Positions 20,950 to 33,040 of a DNA stretch of 64,000 nucleotides are shown here, in pieces (within the stretch, counting starts at the first letter, position 1; every line of letters starts with the position of its first letter). Position numbers and translations under genes: made by a program. This DNA comes from Podarcis muralis (taxonomy: Eukaryota): assembly GCF_964188315.1 (NCBI RefSeq), contig NC_135667.1, positions 24,552,001 through 24,616,000 on the forward strand. The letters are read 5' to 3'. Under the pieces are notes generated by a model. It worked only from the letters and a program-made list of their open reading frames with translations. It ran no database searches and had not been told where the DNA came from.

Positions 20950-23819
20950 GAAGGCATGTTGTTGCTTCACAATCACCTTCTGTATGTGATTTCCTACCCT
21001 ATAATCTGTTGTAGAACATCTGTTTTTCATGAAGGCAGCTCCTGGTTTAAAACTTGGCATCTCCAAGCAGGGCAAGGAATGATGACCTGTCTGAAGGCCC
21101 AGAGAGCCACTGGAAGTCCGTGCATAGAATACAGAGCAAAATGGAACAATGGATGAATGCATATCAGGCAACTTTGACACAAATTCCCCCTAATGCGTCA
21201 ACTTTATCCTGCATGTCTTCATAATTTGAACACCTGCGTCTTGCGATGAAGCCATATATCCCATGAACGACCCTATGAAGCCTCAGTCCTCCAACAGGAG
21301 GCTGAGAGAGATATATGCCCAATGCCTATGCTAAATCCTACCAAATTCTGAAATCAATAAAGTTGTGGCCATTTTTTTAAAAATCCCAGAACATTGTCTT
21401 GTTCAATTTGTTCACCTTCTTAAATTGGGCCTTGTTCTCAGAGGTGGGGGGAAATACCATTATCTCATCCACACCATACATTTAAAGCACTCTTATCACC
21501 ATTAAAGATCCATGGCTTTCCTCCACCGAATCCTGGAAAGTCTGATTTCCTGAAGAATATGAGAGCTGTTAGGAGACCTCAACAAACCAAGTTTCTGGGA
21601 AATGTCTCTTTATTGCATCCTCTTTCTTTACTGAATATAAAATGCACCTCCAATTAGGTAGTACTCGGTAAAAGACTATAATCAAAGTTCTTTGGGGGTC
21701 AAGAGAATGATATAGGAAGTGGCAATTCAAAGGTAGGTTTCAGTGCCATCCTCTTATAATAGGAATTATATTTCTACATCTTATTGAACCAGTTGGAATT
21801 TTGGCAGCCAGGTTCTGCACTAACTGAAGCTCCTAGGTCATATTCATGGGCAGTCCTATGTATAATCCAACATATGATTCAACCAGGAGGTTACCAGAAC
21901 ATGGATTGCTATGGAAGTCTATCTCTATCTAGAAATGGCAACTATTTTTGAATGTAATCAAACAAATCTGAAATAATGCTAGCCATAAATTCACCACACG
22001 TGTCGTCATTTTTCATGCATCAAGGAACATATTGTAGATGTTATTTCTTTTCATCTGCAACTAACATGGAAGAAGAAACATTAATTTGAGGAGTTTAAAC
22101 AATGTTTTCAGATCCCAATGCTGCACTCTTGGGAGTAAGATCCCCAAATGGCAGAAGAAACTCAGAATAGCTCACTTTCCCATGTGTGCTGTCACTATTA
22201 GTTGATGCAACATTTAATGAATTTTACTGCAACATAGGCAATCTTCATAAAGGCAACAAATCAATTACATATTCTGTACTAAGGGTCACAACAAGGGTAA
22301 TGTTGGGAAAATGCAGAGACTCTCAAATCATCAGAAAATTCAACCCTAAAGCAGCTGGAGGGGAAACTGATTCTTACAAATAAAGGTAGTTGAGTAGTTT
22401 TCTATTATTTTGATGTAATCTAGAGGTGCTGGTCACTTTTCATTTCCAGTCATCTATCGAGTTTCAAGTGGTCTCATGTTTACTTGAAACATCACAGTAA
22501 TGATGCAGCCATCCTTAAACCGTTCTACTTTACCAAATGTCTAACTTGTTAATTGTTTCCATTTTTTAAACCTTATTTCAAGTAGCCTAGCCTACAAATT
22601 TATTTGAGATTGGATCTAGGTGAGGCAAGAACTTATTGAGCATGCTTACAGTATTATTGTGCTATTCCTTTTTAGGGAATCATATGTGGGGGAAGGTTTC
22701 TATTTATCAAACAATGATATTAAATCCTTGCTGGACAGTCTCTTCTTGAACAATTATTGGGAACAAAAAAAAAATGCCTGCCTGCATCTCTAAATACATT
22801 ATTGGATGTATTGTCACTTCCTGGAAGCATTTTAAATGACCTTTTATTTTTGTGCTGCTGACTTTACCGGCAGCTCCAAAGAGTTTTAAAATGTTTTTGA
22901 AATAAAGAAGGAAGTCTCCAGACAACTTCTTAAGGACTTTTGTGAAACCATGCATTGATTGGCTCATTGATTTGTGCAGTAATCCTCATAGCTATGTTCC
23001 AATCTGCATATGGGTCTGCAAGGGGCAGTAGGGAAGAGCTCCCTACAAAATGCAGTGGGATCTGGAATGCTGCATTAGCCACAAGAGAGCTCATATTAAC
23101 TATTATATTGTGTGTGTTTGTGATTAAAAGAGAGGCAGCTATAATTGGGGAGGGGGGCGATGAATTCTGATTCCAGTCAGCTGTTTTGGATTCATAGGAG
23201 CAATTTCCCAGAATGTCAAAGCACATTTCCAATTAATGTCCTGCACATACAACTTTTAAAAACCAATTTAGAAATATAACCGCAGCACAATATTCTGGGA
23301 AGTACCAAGAAAATATGAAAACTTACCTACCCACAAAGAAACATACCTGTTTTTAAAGAGCCAAGGTACTCATAAGCTTTTGAACTATGAATCTAATGAT
23401 ACCAATGGTGATCAATCTGTGATGCTTTTTCTTTGTTTTCATCATTCCATGTTTCTCCCCCTACATTGCTCTTGGGCTGTTACTCTTTCACCACTTTTTG
23501 TTGCTTCTGGGAACAGAAATCCAGATTAGTCTAGAACCATCACCCAACCAGTCAGGATTGATGTGAGAACTTTTGATGGCTTCTATTTTGACTGGTATTT
23601 TGATGAGGACAACCCTGTGTGAATGGTACAGAAACATTCCAAGGATGACTTCCACCAAATCCACAATGAACTAACTATGCTATGGATAAGGGTGTGAGTA
23701 GGAGCTTCATCTCCCCCCACACTACCCTTCAGTTACTTCTATGCAGGGATAAGCTGAAATTGTACGGCATCCTTTTTTATTGAAAACTTTTGACAGCTAT
23801 GAGTCAGTGCTAATCACTG

Positions 23820-23821
<2 letters not shown>

Positions 23822-23890
<69 letters not shown>
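23822..23890. repeat. (GT)n(GA)n microsatellite
   Basis: Read directly from the sequence. Confidence 0.97.
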
Positions 23891-23898
<8 letters not shown>

Positions 23899-24538
23899 AG
23901 AGTGAAGGTGGGAGAAGGAGAGAGAATGGATGGATGGAATTCTTGTCATGGCTATGCAATTGAGGTATGTATTTGAATTTATTCCCCAATAGGAGCTTTC
24001 TTTTGGGGTAAAGGAACTAAAAGAAGTGGTTGAAAAGACCCTATCTGCCCAAGTTTACTGTGGGTTTACTAAAGTGGGATCTATACACATATAAAAAATT
24101 CTCTGAAAATGCTTTTTTAAAAAAATACGTTTAGAAAAATATATTGAATTTGCCATAAGTTCACAATCACCGTCTAGTGTCACCTTTGTATAATGCACTT
24201 AAAATGTTGTATTTGCAGCTGTAGAGTCTCAGAAATATTCAGAAAACCAAGAGAAATGAAAATTTCAATTATCATATATTTAATATTCTTTTGTATTACA
24301 AAAGAATATTAATGTTTATTGGGTGGAAACTGCACTTCTTAATACAATTATTAATAATAAATGTATGAGATATAGCTTACAAGTGGAATGTTTTGGTGTC
24401 ATCACTATGCACAACTGTTTCACAACTGTTCTTTAAAGCAAAATCTGATGGAGTTTATAGTGAAATATGAATAAACCTGTTTTAAATAACCAGTTAATAC
24501 TGCCATATTAACACCTCCCAGTTTCTTCCTTCTACAGA

Positions 24539-25510
24539 ATGAATGCAAGTACTGAAGACAAAATGAGCAATCTTACATCCATTTCCATGTTTCTGCTGAA
24601 GGAATTCTCAGACGTACGAGAACTACAGATCTTACATTTCTTTCTGTTCTTAGGATTCTACTTGACAACTCTGGCTGGGAATCTTCTCATCATTGTTGCA
24701 GTAGCCTTTGACCATCACCTGCACAAACCTATGTATTTTTTCCTAACAAACTTGGCATTGATGGATGTTGGCTCCGTTTCTGCCATCATACCCAAATCTA
24801 TGGCCAACTCCATCATGAACAGCAGGTCAATTTCATATTCTGGGTGCGTGGCTCAAGTTTTCTTCTACTTCTTCTTTACATTCGCTGATCTTTCCCTTCT
24901 AACAGTAATGGCACACGATCGCTATGTTGCCATCTGCAACCCATTACAGTATGAGATGATTATGTACAAAGGAGCTTGTATTCAAATGGTAGTCACTGTG
25001 TGGATTCTGAGTCTTCTTTATTCCATGCTACACACTTGCAGCACATTTGCAATCACCTTCTCTTCTAATGTTATCAATCAGTTCTTCTGTGAAGTCCCAA
25101 AGTTACTAAAACTCTCCTGCTCTAACATTTACCTAGTTGAAGCTGGGCTGATTGTGCTTGGGTGTTTTATAGCACTAGGATGCTTAATTTTCATCCTCAT
25201 AACATACATGAAGGTATTTGCTGTAGTGCGCAGAATACCTTCGGTGCATGGTCAGAAAAAAGCCCTCTCCACTTGCCTTCCCCACCTCACTGTGGTATCT
25301 TTGTTTCTGGGCACGGCAATCTTTGCCTACGCAAAGCCTCCCAGTAATGTTTCTTCCTTTCTTGATGTAGCTTTTGCTGTGATCTATACCATAATTTCTC
25401 CCATGTTGAATCCCTTCATCTACAGCATGAGAAACAAAGAAATCAAGACTGCTTTGTGGAAACTCTTAGATTTCAGGCATTCTGCTAAAAGTACATTTAG
25501 AGTTCTATAG
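24539..25510 (+). CDS. Olfactory receptor, family-14-like (OR-B1), 323 aa
   Basis: Intact ORF MNASTEDKMSNLTS..., MAHDRYVAIC, KALSTC, LNPFIYSMRNKE; acceptor ctacag 1 nt before the ATG. Confidence 0.95.
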   Translation: MNASTEDKMSNLTSISMFLLKEFSDVRELQILHFFLFLGFYLTTLAGNLLIIVAVAFDHHLHKPMYFFLTNLALMDVGSVSAIIPKSMANSIMNSRSISYSGCVAQVFFYFFFTFADLSLLTVMAHDRYVAICNPLQYEMIMYKGACIQMVVTVWILSLLYSMLHTCSTFAITFSSNVINQFFCEVPKLLKLSCSNIYLVEAGLIVLGCFIALGCLIFILITYMKVFAVVRRIPSVHGQKKALSTCLPHLTVVSLFLGTAIFAYAKPPSNVSSFLDVAFAVIYTIISPMLNPFIYSMRNKEIKTALWKLLDFRHSAKSTFRVL

Positions 25511-25804
25511 AAATGGTTTTGTTTCCTCTTCTGCATATGTGTGGTTAACACTGGAATTTTTTTCACTTTGCAATGTAAGCATTTTAATATTCATTAGACA
25601 TTACTCTGTGATTCCTTCTCCTTATTATCCATGTCTTTTTAGGCTTGATTGTTCCTCTTCATTCCTATTGTGAATTGCTTATTTCATTTACAAGAGATTC
25701 AAATATAATAAAAGACAACAACCATTTCAACATCAAAATATAAAGCTTTGTAAGAAAGTTTTGAAGAAAACCAGGTTTCACCTCATCATAATTACGTTTT
25801 TATT

Positions 25805-26620
25805 GCGCATTGAGGTCCCCAAGACACCCCAAATAAAAACACAATGGCACTTAATTTTTGTTTAAGGTTTTTGTCATAATTTTGGCCACAACTTTATTAA
25901 AATTGCAGCAATGTGAGTGGTTGCTTAGGGATTGGTAGCGACTAACTGACCCCGCATGGGGACAGCTCTGACATTCGCACCCCCCGTGAAGTCAGAAAGG
26001 GTAAGTCACCTGGGGAGAGAGACGGGACTGGGAACCATGCCTCACCTCTCCCCAGAATGCTCCCAGGGGCTCTTGCGTGCCCCTAGCCCCTTGCCAGGGG
26101 GTTTTGGACAAAAGCATGGGGAGCCCCTGGGTTCCTTTAATGGAAAACCCTTGCAGCAGCAGCAGCATATTGGAGGGGCAGGCACAGCCAAATCCATACC
26201 CCTCCACCAACCAATTCCCAAACCAATGCCTAACCGCGAACCTTACAAGTTGTGACGATTTGCAACGCAGTAGGCATAAACCAAATGGCACCAGCCAATC
26301 AGCCAAATGGACAAAATTCCTACCAGGCCCCTGCCCCAAAGCAGACGACCCCATGACAGGCATAGCAAGGTCAAGCAAACAGCCTAACATTAGGGAAGGG
26401 AGGGCGGGTGATCCAAAGCACGCAGTGAAAAGAGGAAGATCATCGCTGCGTGCAATGTTTTTAACAAATAGGGCTGTCAATCAATAAATGGCAACATATA
26501 AATTTCCCCAGTAACAGCCCGCCCCTGCTTAAAAGATGGCCAAACTCTTTTGCCTAGCAACAGTGAGGTGTCTCGTCAGCCCCCACCGCAACACGTGCTC
26601 TCCATGAGGGAGAACACGCT
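25805..26620 (-). mobile_element. LTR-like element bounded by TT (copy 3)
   Basis: Closely similar end to end to 55897-56707; contains ggccacaactttatt. Confidence 0.8.
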
Positions 26621-26644
26621 TTGTATTGTTCACCTTGCAAAATC

Positions 26645-26800
26645 TCATAGCTCAGTCAGTAGAGCATGAGACTCTGAATCTCAAGGTTGTGGATTCGAAC
26701 CCATTTTGGACAAAAGATTCCTGCATTTCAGGGGGTTGGACTAGATGACTCTTGTGGTGCCTCCCAACTCTACAAATCTATGATCTATGACTCTATACTG
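26645..26800 (+). mobile_element. tRNA-derived SINE with CR1-like tail (Squam2-like)
   Basis: tagctcagtcagtagagcatgagactct...ggttcga-like B box, then ggttggactagatgac...ctatgat tail. Confidence 0.75.
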
Positions 26801-27535
26801 TTCCATTTGTAATAGATTGTAATAGCTTGTATGCCACTACATTCTAAAATTATTATGTTTGCTTATTAGGACTTCACCCTTGCTCACTTCATTCAACATG
26901 CCCTCTGTTATTTCCTCACATTCGTCCTCTAGAGATTCCTCTTTTCAACCCATGTAACTTCTCTGCTCACTTTTCACCTGCCTAGCCCCATTTCTGAAGT
27001 TCCTGGATGTTATATTCTGTAGTATCACTTTGCAACCCTATTTTCACCTTCACCCCAATGTCCATGCCTTGCGATCCATTGCACACAAACTACTGCCATT
27101 GTAAACTCCTGCATCTTCCTCCTTGCACTCATTGAAACTACTAAGCACACATCCTGCCCAATAATGCAGCCACCATTCCCTCCTTTTTGTCATACCCTTC
27201 CATGCCCCTTATGCCATCATCTTTCCACTTTTTTCTTGTAACTCCGTTTGCACCCCAATTTTCAACATCACTGTCTTTCCCCTCCTCCCTACTTACTTTT
27301 CACAACCCCTCCACTTCACAAACACACCCATTTCCATGCCCCTTCTTCTCTATTTTCTGTGCACACACCCCTTTAATCTTTTTAAAAACAAAAAACAAAA
27401 AGTCCCTCCCTTTTCTATGTAATCTTTGCTCACTGAGTTTTTCTTCTCACTTTCCTCTAGCTCTCCTTTATTCCACCCTTTCCTCTCAGTTCCCTCCCTT
27501 TCTGCCTCCCACAATCACTCTGTGACACACTCTAT

Positions 27536-27538
<3 letters not shown>

Positions 27539-27606
<68 letters not shown>

Positions 27607-27607
27607 C
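27539..27607. repeat. (CT)n(CA)n microsatellite
   Basis: Read directly from the sequence. Confidence 0.97.
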
Positions 27608-28250
27608 CCTCATACCACATACTGAATACATGTACACACATGAATACATAATGCAGGAAAAGCATTTTTTTTTCTGACATTTGAAGAGATTGTAAATAAA
27701 CTTTTTTTTAAACTTGCTTGCCAAATGTGTGGTCTCTTTCTATGCAAAGAGGTGAACTTTGGAAGCAACTTAGAAGCAGATGTTTTAAAGGTCTAATGGC
27801 CTGTATCACCTTGCTTTACTTTGCTGCATGTTTTGTGATTTAAATCTCTGCTCAGGTTCTCTCATCCAAGAGTACTTGCCCAAAATCTGGATCTTGACAT
27901 CCAGGAAGTCTGCTTTTATATTTTTTTTCCTTTAACCATAAAACAACCACCACCAGTTGTTGTTACATTAGTTGATATCTATCTCATTTGCCTTTGTCTC
28001 AATGGAAGAGCATTGTCTATGGGGTGGCGGGTAGGGGGAAGGAGCACTCACTTCACTAGATAAATAACTGGTTTGTTGTACACCAGTTCTCCTTTAATAC
28101 TAATGTTAAAATTTGAACTGGAGTTGTGGGCCTTCTTTCTTACATAGATATAATTATGTTATATTAATCGTGTATGAAACTCCAATATCATCTACTGAAT
28201 CAACACTGACTTCTTAACACACATACACACATATACTGTATATATATATA

Positions 28251-28476
28251 CAGTGGTACCTCGGGTTACATACGCTTCAGCTTACAGACTCTGCTAACCT
28301 AGAAATAGTGCTTCAGGTTAAGAACTTTACTTCAGGATGAGAACAGAAATCGTGCTCCGGCATTGCAGCAGCAGCAGGAGGCCTCTTTAGCTAAAGTGGT
28401 GCTTCAGGTAAAGAACAGTTTCAGGTTAAGTACAGACCTCCGGAACGAATTAAGTACTTAACCCGAGGTACCACTG
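28251..28476. mobile_element. Tc1/mariner (Tigger-like) MITE
   Basis: TIRs cagtggtacctcgggtta / taacccgaggtaccactg, preceded by a (TA)n run. Confidence 0.85.
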
Positions 28477-29143
28477 TGCATACAAATGTCAGCCCACTTG
28501 TGAACATTTTTCCTGTTTTCAATCACTTGTTGCATTTGTTATTTCTTCATGCCTGCTAAAAAAAGTAGAAGAAGCAACATGAACTTGAAGAGTTTCAACA
28601 ATGTTTTCTGATCAGCTGTTTCATCAACTTGGGAGTAAGATTCCAAGTTGACAAAACAGTCTAAAAATAATTTGCTTTCCTGCATCCTTACATATGCAGA
28701 CATTTCAAAGACAAAAAACATCAGTTACATGTTCTGTGGCAAGGGGCACAGGAAGGTTGAAAGTACTTCATGGAGAAGATGCATGGACTTGCACATCTTT
28801 AACAAATTGTATCCTGAAAGCAGGTGTAAGGGAAATTGAATCTTGCCATCAAAGGTATTTCAAAATGATTTAATGGGATCGGGTAGTTCTTTGATAGAAT
28901 CTTGAGATGTATATCAAGTTTCTCTTTTCCTATCATCTGTCCATATTCAAGTGGCCTCATATATACTTGAAACATGATGCTGCTGATTCAACTGTCATCA
29001 TACTGTTTGACTTTAAAATGAGCAATGGTTCCCTGGTAAATATTCCACATAAATGTAGGTAAGATACAATGAGGAACTTGTTTGAAATAACTGGTTAATG
29101 AATATTGACACGTTGACACTTCTCAGATTCTTCCTTCTTCAAA

Positions 29144-29861
29144 ATGAATGCAACTAAGGAAGGTAAAATGAGCAATCTTACTTCCATATCCATCTTTCTG
29201 CTGAAAGAATTCTCAGAAGTTTGAGAACTACAAATCTTACACTTCTTCCTGTTCCTAGGAATGTACATGACAACGGTGACTGGGAATCTTCTGATCATTG
29301 CAGCGGTAGTGCTTGATCAGCACCTGCACAAACCTATGTATTTTTTCCTAACAAACTTGGCACTGATGGATGTTGGCTCTGTTTCTGCCATTATACCGAA
29401 ATCTATGGTCAATTCCATCATGAACAGTAGATCATTTTCGTATTCTGGGTGTGTGATTCAAGTTTTGTTCTTCGTCTTCTTTATCGGGTCAGACCTTTCC
29501 TTTCTAACGGTAATTGCTCATGATTGCTTTGTTGCCATCTGCAACCCGTTACAATATGAGACAAAAATCCCCAAAGCAGCTTGTATTTAGATAACCATTG
29601 TGTGGATTGCAAGTCTTCTTTATGCCATGCTACACACTTGTGGCACATTTGCAAACACCTTCTGTTCAAATGATGTCCATCAGTTCTTCTGTGAAGTTCC
29701 AACATTACTGAAGCTCTCCTACTCTAACATTTACCTAGTTGAAGGAGGGTTTATTTTGCTAGGGTGTTTTATAGGAATAGGATGCTTAATTTTCATCATA
29801 ACATACATGCAGATGTTTGCTGCAGTGCACAGAATACCTTCGGTTCATAGTAAGAAAAAAG
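29144..29861 (+). pseudogene. B-type olfactory receptor pseudogene (OR-C), 3'-truncated
   Basis: MNATKEGKMSNLTSISIFLLKEFSEV* (TGA at 29222), second stop TAG at 29588-29590. OR homology ends after SVHSKKK at 29861, so TM6-7 are missing. Confidence 0.93.
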
Positions 29862-30923
29862 ATCCATGGCTTTCCTCCACAGAATCCTGGAAAGTCTGAT
29901 TTGCAGAACAATATGAGAGCTGTTAGAAAATTTTCTCTTTAGTATATCCTCTCTCTTTACTGCATACAAAATGCATCTTCATTTAGGTAGCACTTGGCAA
30001 AAGGTTGTCATCAAAAAAATTTTTGGGTTAGAGAGAATGGTGTGGGAAGTAGCAATTCAAAGGTAGGTTTCAGTGCCATCCTATTACAATTGGAATAATA
30101 TTATTACATCTGGTTGTATTAGGTAGAATTCTGGTAGCCAAGTTCTGCACTAACTGAGGCTCCTAGGCCATAATTGTGGGCAGTCCTATGTATAATCCAA
30201 TGCAGTTATTCAACCAGGAGGTTACCAGAACATGGATTGCTATGAAAGTCTATCCCTATCCTGAAATGGCAACAATATTTAAATATTATTAAATAATTCT
30301 GATGAAATGCTAGTCATAGTTTCACCACAAGTGTCATCATTTTTCATGCCTTGAGGAACACATTGTAGATGTTATTTCTTTCCTTCTTTCACAAATGTGG
30401 AAGAAGCAACATTAATTTGAGGAGTTTAAGCAATGTTTTAAGATCGGCTGTGCTGCACTCTTGGGAACAAGATCCCAAGAGGGCAAAAGAAACTCAGAAT
30501 AACTCACTTTCCCATGTGTGCTGTCACTATTAGATGATGCAACATTTAGTGAATTTTACTGTAACACAGGCAGTCTTCATAAAGGCAACAAATCAGTTAC
30601 ATATTCTATACTAAGGGCCACAGCAAGGGTAATGTGGTTGGCTGGGAAAATGCAGGGACTCTCAAATCATTAGAAAATTGAACCTAAAGCAGATGGAGGG
30701 GAAACTTATTCTAATAAATAAAGGTACGTCAAAATGATTTACTGAGTTGAGTAGTTTTCTATTATTATTTCTTTTATTGATGTGTTGCTGACTTTACTGG
30801 CAGCCCCAAGGAATTTAAAAATGTTTCTGAAAGAAAGAAGGAAGTCTTCAGACCACTTCTTAAGTACTGTTGTCAAACCATGCATTGATTGGCTCACTGA
30901 TTTGTGCATTAATCCTCATAGTT

Positions 30924-31170
30924 AGAGCCAGTGTGGTGTAGTGGTTAAGAGTGGTAGATTCGTAATCTGGGAAACCGGGTTCGCATCTCCACTCCTCCAC
31001 ATGCAGCTGCTGGGTGACCTTAGGCTAGTCACACTTCTCTGAAGTCTCTCAGCCTCACTCACTTCACAGAGTGTTTGTTGTGGGGAAGGAAGGGAAAGGA
31101 GAATGTTAGCCGCTTTGAGACTCCTTCGGGTAGTGATAAAGCGGGATATCAAATCCAAACTCTTCTTCTT
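30924..31170 (+). mobile_element. tRNA-derived MIR/Ther1-like SINE (Squam3-like)
   Basis: agagccagtgtggtgtagtggttaagag...gcgggatatcaaatccaaactcttcttctt; absent from paralogous flanks. Confidence 0.88.
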
Positions 31171-32898
31171 CCAGTCTGCATATGGGTCTGCAAGGGGCAG
31201 AAGGGAAGAGCTCACTACAAAATGCAGTGGGATCTGGAATGCTGCATCAGTCACAAGAAAGCTCATATTAACTATTTTTTAATGTTTGTGATGAAAACAG
31301 GGGAAGCAATAACTGGGGCAGGGGAGTTCTGATTCTAATGAGCTGTTTTGGATGAATGGGAGCAATATCCCACAGTGTCAAAGTACATTTCCAATTAACG
31401 TCCTGCACATATAGCTTTAAACGACCCATTTAGAAATGAAACAGCTGCACAATATTCCGGGAAGTACCAAGAAAGTATGGAAATTTCTCAGATGATTCTA
31501 TGAATGTGTAAATACTGATGATCTACAACAGCTAAACAAAAAACTTCACCTACCCATAAAGAAACATACCTTTTTTAAATAGCCAATGTAAGTTTTTATT
31601 TTTGAACCAATAATCTTATGATACCGATGGTGATCAATCTATGATACTCTTTCTTTGTTTTCATCATTCCCTTTTACTCTCCCTAAATTGCTCTTGGGCT
31701 GTTACTTTTTCATCACTTTTTTGTTGCTTCTGGGAACAGAATTCCAGATTAGTCTAGGACCATCACCCAGCCAGTCAGGGTTGATCCGAGAACTTTTGCT
31801 GGCTGAGATGAAGGCAGAAATCCTCCCCACACCCCATTCCCTTCTTAAAGACTAGGGATAAGACAACATCTGGAACCACATATCAAGGCAGCAGACTAGT
31901 GATGAGGCACTGGGCAGGTCACATAGCATAAACCCAGATCTGTGCTCTTAGTACTTTACTGCTGCTTGCTCTCTGTTCAACCTAGCTTTTGCTCAGTGCC
32001 TGCTCAAATAAATGCTGCAATGCAGCAGTGGAGGTACCAGGATGTGTCACATGAGCAGAATCACATGCACATAGATGCTGCTTCCTGGAGTCCATGCTGC
32101 TTTTTCACTTAGTCAGACACATACACCAATTCCAAGGAAAGGGGAATTAATTGGTTTAGAGAAATAGTGGTAGACATATTAAATCACCTCTTTAAGAGCA
32201 AACAGTACCAAGCATTAATTTTCATTAGTACACATCTTGTGCAAATCTGCTAATGCAAGGAAGAAATGAAAGGAGGGCGGGACAATAGGGATCAGTCACT
32301 GAAAAGTCAGCTGAAAGCTGACCAACTGCCCACCACCCCCAAAACGTGCCAAAGAATTTGCACCCCAGCAGTGACTGCAAATGTACGATGGGTTATTATT
32401 ACAGATTTTGCTACAGATCTTCTCTGGTAAGGGGAAATGTGGATGGCAGGAAGAAAAATTACAGGCTGGCATTTTGATGCGGACAACCCTGTGTAAATGC
32501 TACAGAAACATTCCAAGGATGACTTCCACCAAATCCACAATGAACTAAACATGCTATGGATAAGGGTGTGAGTACGAGCTTCATCTCTCCCCACACTACC
32601 CTTCAGTTACTTCTATGTGGGAATAAGCTGAAATGGTACAGCATCCTTTTTTAATGACAACTTTGGAAAGCTATGAGTTGGGCCCGATTTCCAGTAATCT
32701 TTCTATGGTAGGTATAGAGATGGGATCAAACATGCCACTCATTTTGTGGAGGGGTGGGTGGGCACGTTTCCTGGCATCACTGAGGCAACTGGCCTATGCT
32801 CATGGATATAGAAACATGTCGTAATGCACACATCTGCTGCAGGTGTAGTAGGGAAAGGAGCGGACATAGTGAGTGGAAAAAGAACGATCATATTGTTT

Positions 32899-32908
32899 TC
32901 CCATGGGA
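32899..32908. promoter_or_regulatory. Candidate O/E (Ebf) site upstream of OR-A3
   Basis: TCCCATGGGA matches YCCCNNGGGR; paralogous TCCCAGGGGG at 14033 and TTCCATGGGA at 19860. Motif match only. Confidence 0.3.
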
Positions 32909-33040
32909 AAGTATGCAAAGTAAAATCAGATGCATTTGATTGTTAAATTAAATGAGCCCTGTTTAAATAAAACCAGTTGTTCAATATCTGCAGGCTTAAA
33001 ATTCTTGATTTCTTCCTTTTACAGGTAGCATGTGAACAAA

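Larger units (their letters stand above)
17250..25510 (+). repeat. Two-gene (OR-A + OR-B) cassette, copy 1; paralogue of about 31260-40030
   Basis: Collinear homology of the A upstream region, OR-A, A 3' flank, B upstream region and OR-B, apart from copy-specific TE insertions. Confidence 0.85.

Noticed and set aside
26645-26720. tRNA-like sequences (also SINE heads at 8850, 9840, 11423, 30924, 37723)
   Set aside because: A/B-box heads continue into SINE bodies and tails; no complete cloverleaf is supported.
27000-27540. CT-rich block with ORFs of 83-112 aa
   Set aside because: Low-complexity pyrimidine tract grading into a microsatellite.
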